Virus record (IMG/VR): IMGVR_UViG_3300017989_000070
Length of the DNA: 61,072 nt
From: an uncultured virus (IMG/VR IMGVR_UViG_3300017989_000070)
Lineage: Duplodnaviria; Heunggongvirae; Uroviricota; Caudoviricetes
Strand: one strand, 5' to 3'
Shown: positions 56,138-61,072 of the stretch, piece after piece
Layout of the letters: each line of letters starts with the position of its first letter
Numbering within the stretch: the first letter of the stretch is position 1
The notes under the pieces: model-generated
Database searches by the model: none
What the model was told of the DNA's origin: nothing
Seen by the model: only the letters and a program-made list of their open reading frames with translations
Position numbers and translations under genes: made by a program

Positions 56138-56682
56138 TGGAAGGCCCCGTTGAGCGTCGAGAAGTCCGGCATGGGCAGGAGGAGCGACGAGGGGATGGCC
56201 GAGCCCTTGACGAACATCGGGGTCTCCTCCCACTTCTCGTTCGCGGCCCAGCGGATGGCCTTGATGAAACCTTCGCCCTGGAAGCTGACGAGGCGTGTCG
56301 CGCTCTCCTCGTCCACGCCGCGCACGAACCAGAACTCGCCGCTGCGCAGGTCGAGGGCGTGCGACTTGTTGAGCAGCACCATCGGGGTGTACCCCGCGCA
56401 GGCGGCGCCGATGGCGTAGCCTGCGACGAAGTCGATCTGCGGGAGGAGCTTGATGTCGAGGTTGTCGCCCGTGAGGTTCTCCAGATGGTCGACGACATCC
56501 TCGATGTCGTTGTTCTCCTCGATCGACGCCCAGGCCATGAGCACGGCCTGCTTGTGGAACATCTGGAGAATGGTCGAGTGCTCGCGCACGGCGACCGAGC
56601 CGGGCATCTGCCCGGTCTTCTCGACGGCGATGTGGTCACATACCCCGGACAGGAACCCGGCTTGGGCCCGCAGCAAGTTCAT
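56134..56682 (-). CDS. hypothetical protein
   Basis: GGAGG RBS; ATGA overlap. Confidence 0.65.
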   Translation of the reverse strand: MNLLRAQAGFLSGVCDHIAVEKTGQMPGSVAVREHSTILQMFHKQAVLMAWASIEENNDIEDVVDHLENLTGDNLDIKLLPQIDFVAGYAIGAACAGYTPMVLLNKSHALDLRSGEFWFVRGVDEESATRLVSFQGEGFIKAIRWAANEKWEETPMFVKGSAIPSSLLLPMPDFSTLNGAFQ

Positions 56683-57002
56683 GGTCCCTCCGGGGGCACG
56701 TTCTCGTAGGTCTGGAACGACTGCACCATGAACACGACGGCGAAGGACGCTGCGAACGAGATCCCCGAGGCGACGAGGATCTCCGACGCCTTGACGTGCG
56801 TCGCGTTGTTGCTCGCGAACTTCTGGGCGAGCACGAGCCCGGCCAGGAAACCGGCGACAGACGGGACGTAGGTGAAAAGCTGCTGCGCCCAGGGCACCGG
56901 GAGATACCACTCGTCGCTGGTCACGACGCTGTCTGCGTCGGTGTCCTGCGGCGCGAGGGTGCCGTTGGGGTTGTCGGCGGAGGCGAGTCCAAAGTAGTTC
57001 AT
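56679..57002 (-). CDS. two-TM membrane protein (probable virion protein)
   Basis: TATAAT and AAGGAG upstream; MNYFGLASADNP. Confidence 0.65.
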   Translation of the reverse strand: MNYFGLASADNPNGTLAPQDTDADSVVTSDEWYLPVPWAQQLFTYVPSVAGFLAGLVLAQKFASNNATHVKASEILVASGISFAASFAVVFMVQSFQTYENVPPEGP

Positions 57003-57022
57003 GTCGATCTCCTTCAGCGGGA

Positions 57023-57451
57023 TTATAGCCCGTCCTCGGCGACGATCCTCTCCGCCCACGCCCAGCCCTCGTCGCCGCCCCAGAGGAGCCACGCGACGTA
57101 GCCCGGCGACGGGCGGTCCTCGTCGCCCCAGTCTTTGTGGCGACGGTCGCTCTGGTGGCGCGAGAAGTAGGCCTTCATGCGCTTGATCGAGCGGGGCGGG
57201 ATCTTCTTGCCGCTCGCCAACTGGACCGCTCGCGCGATCCCGATGTCCGTCCCGCCGGGGCGGGAGAGGCCGCGGACCTCCTCGTTGTAGATGCGCAGCG
57301 CGATGCCAAGCTCGGCGTTCCGCTGCACCGCGACCGGCGGCGTGTACTTCGCCTCTCCTGGCGCTCCTGCGGGTCGGCCCCCGGCGGTCTTCTCCAGGGC
57401 CTGGAGGACGTGCTTCTCGCCCTTGGCGAGGAACCGGCGCGTGGACGTCAC
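57023..57451 (-). CDS. conserved phage domain of unknown function
   Basis: GGTDIGIARAVQLA..KRMKAYFSRH..VAWLLWGGDEG. Confidence 0.75.
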   Translation of the reverse strand: MTSTRRFLAKGEKHVLQALEKTAGGRPAGAPGEAKYTPPVAVQRNAELGIALRIYNEEVRGLSRPGGTDIGIARAVQLASGKKIPPRSIKRMKAYFSRHQSDRRHKDWGDEDRPSPGYVAWLLWGGDEGWAWAERIVAEDGL

Positions 57452-58224
57452 AGACCACCCGCGATGGCGAGCCGCCCGTCGCCGAGCATGGCGAGGGTGA
57501 TGTCCCTCTGCATCGCGTCGGAGTTGAAGACGGGATCGGCGCAGACCCAGATCCACTTGTCTGTTGGCTTCTTGGTTGCGGTCAGGATGCTCTTCTCGTA
57601 GCGAGTGACACTCTGGAACGACATCTCCAGCAGAGCCTCGGTCTGCCCGTCGCCTCGGCGTCCCTTGGAGATCACCTCCCGGGGGGAGTCGGCCATGTTG
57701 CAGATGAAGACGCCGCCGGGGGCCATCAACTCGCGGATGAGGTTGATGGTGGTCCAGAAGCAGCCCCAGGTCGGCTGGACGTTGAGCACGTTCGACGCCA
57801 TCACGATGTCGTAGTGCTCCGTGCGCTCCAGGGCGAAGGGGTCGATGTAGCCGTCATCGACAGACTGATCGTAGTCACGGGCACGGCTGATGCCCTTGCC
57901 CGTGGTGTCGGCATAGTTCGGGGGCCACTCGTACCCGTCGACATCGAAGCCGAGCGTGTAGAGCGCGCGGACCTGAACCGCTCCAGCGCCGCAGCCGAAG
58001 TCGAGGATGGGCCCGGCGGGAAGCTCGTCGGCGTGATGGTAGAGGAACCGCGCGAGCAGCGGCCCCTTGTTCGTCCGCGTGATCCCGTCCATGCCCGAGC
58101 GCGCCCAGGCGTCGAGTTCCCTCTCTCCTGGGAGAATCTCGGGCTTGTCGAGCCCGATGCCTACGCGGTAGGTGTTGCCCATGGACTTGAAGTCATCGGG
58201 GCCGCAGTTCCAGTGAAAAGCCAT
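57448..58224 (-). CDS. class I SAM-dependent methyltransferase
   Basis: ILDFGCGAG; YDIVMASNVLNV. Confidence 0.8.
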   Translation of the reverse strand: MAFHWNCGPDDFKSMGNTYRVGIGLDKPEILPGERELDAWARSGMDGITRTNKGPLLARFLYHHADELPAGPILDFGCGAGAVQVRALYTLGFDVDGYEWPPNYADTTGKGISRARDYDQSVDDGYIDPFALERTEHYDIVMASNVLNVQPTWGCFWTTINLIRELMAPGGVFICNMADSPREVISKGRRGDGQTEALLEMSFQSVTRYEKSILTATKKPTDKWIWVCADPVFNSDAMQRDITLAMLGDGRLAIAGGL

Positions 58225-58229
58225 GGGGC

Positions 58230-58883
58230 TCAGACTACCATGTCGAGCCGTTCGCGGGAAAATCGCACCGCCTCCTCGCTGACATCGCATCCGAGGAACC
58301 TCCGACCGCTCGCGAGCGCCGCCGCGCCGGTCGCCCCGCTGCCCACGAAGGGGTCGAGCACGATGTCACCCTCGTTGGTCGACTGCTCGATGAGCACCTG
58401 CATCAGTTCGACCGGCTTCTCGGTCGGGTAGTTCTGGTGGGAGGAGTGGATGCGCTTGAAGCGCAGCACGTCAGAGATGCTGCGGTTGTTCACCGGGCGC
58501 GTGCCCTTCTTGCAGAAGAGGATGTGCTCGTGCTGGGCCCGGTAGTTGTAGCCCATGCCGATCGCGACCTTGTCCCAGATGAGGCTCTTGGGGATGACGA
58601 ACGGCGTGTTCTCCTCGATGAGCGCCTTGAAGCCCCAGACCGCCTCGTAGTTGCACATCACGTAGCAATGCGTCCTGGGCTTGAGCACGCGGTAGCACTC
58701 GGAGATCACCGCGATGACCTCGTCAGGCGTCAGCGTCGGGAACCACCTCTTGGTCAATCTCGTGGTCGTTCCGCGAGCGCGGTGGGTGTCGAGGTGGTCG
58801 TAGGGCGGGTCAGTCGCCACGCAGTCGATGGACTCGTCGGGGAGGTCGCTGAGCAGGTCGAGAGCCGGGCAGTGAAAAATCAT
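58230..58883 (-). CDS. DNA N6-adenine/N4-cytosine methyltransferase (beta class)
   Basis: TDPPY, YPTEKP, VLDPFVGSGAT. Confidence 0.93.
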   Translation of the reverse strand: MIFHCPALDLLSDLPDESIDCVATDPPYDHLDTHRARGTTTRLTKRWFPTLTPDEVIAVISECYRVLKPRTHCYVMCNYEAVWGFKALIEENTPFVIPKSLIWDKVAIGMGYNYRAQHEHILFCKKGTRPVNNRSISDVLRFKRIHSSHQNYPTEKPVELMQVLIEQSTNEGDIVLDPFVGSGATGAAALASGRRFLGCDVSEEAVRFSRERLDMVV

Positions 58884-58919
58884 GAGCCCACAGTAACCCA
58901 GTCCCCGTTCGACGGCCAT

Positions 58920-58949
58920 TTGACGACACGACTGCCCCCCTCGTATCAT
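58920..58949 (+). promoter_or_regulatory. sigma70-like promoter
   Basis: TTGACG-N18-TATCAT ahead of the rightward operon. Confidence 0.5.
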
Positions 58950-59011
58950 GGTCCCCGACGCGAGCGCCCTACCGTGTCCAACCCGTCGAACCCTGGGCGC
59001 GATGGGTTGGA

Positions 59012-59605
59012 GTGTCTCTCGTGATCGAAAACAAGACATACACCGGCACACCGGAAACAGTCCTGAAGATCTTCGAGGTCGCCTACGGGCCCCACGGCGC
59101 ACAGTCGTGGAAGCTGCGGAAGTACGCCGAGGAGGTGATCAAGCACGTCACCCCCCGGGACTACCAGTCCGAGGCTCTCGCGGTCTACTACAGGGCCTGC
59201 GGTCCGCAGTTCCGGTACACGCACGACCCGTCCAAGGTCGAGCTTGTCAAGAGCCCCGAGAAGATGCTGCACGAGATCGCGACCCGCGGTGTTGCGATGG
59301 GAGACTGCGACGACCTCACGGCGTTCATTCTCGCCACGCTCAGTGTGATCGGAGTCCCCGGGCGGGTCGGAACCGGGGCGTTCGACGTCAACCCCGCAGT
59401 GTGGCCGCACCTGGACATGGAGCGGCCCGAGAAGTTCGGCTTCCGCCTGGCTGGCAACGGCTGGGCCGGAGGCCCATTCACGCACGTCTGGGCCGAGGGC
59501 CTGCGACCCGATGGCGTGTGGGTCATCCTTGATCCTGTCGCGGGTCCTGATGCGAGCCAGATGCGGAGGAGGCTCCGCCAAGTGCGGTACTACACCGCTC
59601 CATAG
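59012..59605 (+). CDS. transglutaminase-like cysteine protease
   Basis: FRYTHDP..ELVKSP; GDCDD; THVWAE; WVILDP (Cys-His-Asp). Confidence 0.85.
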   Translation: MSLVIENKTYTGTPETVLKIFEVAYGPHGAQSWKLRKYAEEVIKHVTPRDYQSEALAVYYRACGPQFRYTHDPSKVELVKSPEKMLHEIATRGVAMGDCDDLTAFILATLSVIGVPGRVGTGAFDVNPAVWPHLDMERPEKFGFRLAGNGWAGGPFTHVWAEGLRPDGVWVILDPVAGPDASQMRRRLRQVRYYTAP

Positions 59606-59617
59606 AGAGGTAACACG

Positions 59618-60526
59618 ATGGCGATGATCGATGAATGGGGCGAGCAGATCGACGACATCCGCGACGAGGGTGTCTTCTCCGAGACCTCGCTCGGCGACTA
59701 CGAGTCAGTGGACCAGGGCGCCGTCAGCGGCGGCACCCCGTCGCCCGGCGAGGCGATGGAGCAGGGCTTCCCCAACACGATGCCCACCGAGTTCCCCTAC
59801 GCCCCGACCCCGGCGCGCCAGGTGCAGCGCCTCGACGCGAACCGCTACGGCCTCTATCAGGGCGGCGGTCCACAGGTGAGGGCGGAGTTCCCCGGCCAGC
59901 CGATCCACCCCGCGGCGATGGGCCAGGTCCCGGTGCAGCAGGCGACCGCTGGCATGGGCTGCACCTGCGGCTGCGGCGGCGCCCACGGCATGGGCAACGT
60001 GCCCAGCGACCCGTGGAACCTCGACGCGCTCCCTGGCTTCGAGACCGCCGACCAGGCCTCGGCGTGGGGCTACGATCAGTGGCGCACGGGGGGAGACTGG
60101 GGCCGGGAAAGCGGTGCGAGTTGGCAGGAGACGGCGGGGGACATCTCTGACCTCGTCGGCGAAGCCGCGAACCTCGGCATGAACCTCGCGGCAGGCATCA
60201 CTGGGATGCAGCAACGCAGCGAGCTTCACGACCAGCGCATGCTGATGCTCTCCCAGGAGATGGAGCGCCAGAACCAACTGTTCGCGACACGGCTGGCCTC
60301 TCTCCGGCAGAACCCCCAGGAGAACTCCGACCAGATCGCCTTGATCGAGGGCCTCCAGCGGCAGTTGCAGGAGGCGCAGCAGCAGGGCGCGAGCCCCGAG
60401 GTCATCGCGGCGCTGCTCCAGCAGGCCCAGCAGGCGACCTCGACGACGCCCTGGGGCTGGATCATCGGCGGCGTGGTGGCTCTCGGCCTGGGCGGCATGG
60501 CGCTCTGGTACTTCACGAGGGACTGA
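59618..60526 (+). CDS. probable virion protein with C-terminal TM anchor
   Basis: Low complexity; repeated (L/M)G motifs; Q-rich coil; ends WGWIIGGVVALGLGGMALWYFTRD. Confidence 0.7.
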   Translation: MAMIDEWGEQIDDIRDEGVFSETSLGDYESVDQGAVSGGTPSPGEAMEQGFPNTMPTEFPYAPTPARQVQRLDANRYGLYQGGGPQVRAEFPGQPIHPAAMGQVPVQQATAGMGCTCGCGGAHGMGNVPSDPWNLDALPGFETADQASAWGYDQWRTGGDWGRESGASWQETAGDISDLVGEAANLGMNLAAGITGMQQRSELHDQRMLMLSQEMERQNQLFATRLASLRQNPQENSDQIALIEGLQRQLQEAQQQGASPEVIAALLQQAQQATSTTPWGWIIGGVVALGLGGMALWYFTRD

Positions 60527-60527
60527 T

Positions 60528-61072
60528 ATGCCGATCTACGGAGCAAGGCTTACTTCCCCCGGTACGTGCAATCTCCGGCGCGAGGGTCGACCTATCGAAG
60601 CCCGGCGCGTGTGCGTGCACTTGGAGTCCGAGCAGGACGCCATCCGGGCTGGGTGCCTGGGCGGGGAGACCGATTGCAGAATCGGCGAGGGCGCGGACGG
60701 GTCCGTCTACTGCTGCCCCCAGGCCGTGGCGAGGGACGTGGCCGAAGTTCCTGCCGAGATGCGGGGCGATTCGGAGACACCCGCGCTGTGGGCCATTTTC
60801 GGTGAGCCCATGTCGCCTTCCAGTCCGCAGCAGCCAGACAAGCCCCCGGAGCAGCAGGACCAGGGTGGTGGCTTCTTCGGCTGGATTTCGAGCAAGTTCA
60901 GCGGAGGCGGAGGACAGCAGCCCCAGTATGTCGACCCCGGCAAGCAGATCGGCCAGGTCGTCAACCAGGAGGTCTCGCGGGTCGCCGGGACGCTCGAAGA
61001 GGCGCCCGAGCCCGAGCCCGAGGTGCAGACCGCGAGCATGTTCTCCGGTGCGGTGCCATGGGTTGTCGCGGG
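60528..61072 (+). CDS. Cys-containing protein, probably with C-terminal TM; truncated by window edge
   Basis: MPIYGARL..six Cys..AVPWVVA; open at right edge. Confidence 0.65.
   Translation, partial: MPIYGARLTSPGTCNLRREGRPIEARRVCVHLESEQDAIRAGCLGGETDCRIGEGADGSVYCCPQAVARDVAEVPAEMRGDSETPALWAIFGEPMSPSSPQQPDKPPEQQDQGGGFFGWISSKFSGGGGQQPQYVDPGKQIGQVVNQEVSRVAGTLEEAPEPEPEVQTASMFSGAVPWVVA

Overview
This is a 61 kb GC-rich, densely coding segment of a large dsDNA bacterial virus genome, open at both ends. I found no tRNA, rRNA, CRISPR array, integrase, terminase, portal or recognisable major capsid gene. The host is plausibly a myxobacterium or deltaproteobacterium, inferred from high GC, a Cys-rich lipoprotein and sigma54 promoters. 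Modules in order: (1) 1-5.2 kb: DEDDh exonuclease, HU-like protein, holin-like and lipoprotein genes, and a J-domain protein. (2) 5.2-12.2 kb: fibre/spike and beta-helix structural genes. (3) 12.2-23 kb: an array of small enzymatic effectors, comprising five ADP-ribosyltransferase-like proteins, a NUDIX fusion, two ParB-like, two HExxH and one papain-like protein. Several carry a short R/K/Q-N-P tag at the N-terminus or at domain junctions, and several have their own leaderless promoter. (4) 24.4 kb: glycoside-hydrolase-like lysin. (5) 25.5-36.2 kb: replication operon (Gp157/Gam-like, BRO, RuvC-like, family A DNA polymerase, SSB-like, SF2 helicase, Cas4-like nuclease, prim-pol/helicase), followed by an AT-rich candidate origin. 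(6) SNF2 helicase, a long coiled-coil protein, a phosphatase and a sixth ART-like protein. (7) 45.4-56 kb: many small probable early genes, driven by five exactly spaced ECF-type promoters (TGTCAG-N17-CGTC) and two complete sigma54 promoter/enhancer cassettes. (8) Two methyltransferases, a transglutaminase-like Cys protease and membrane-anchored virion-like proteins. All protein assignments come from motif recognition by eye; no database search was run.
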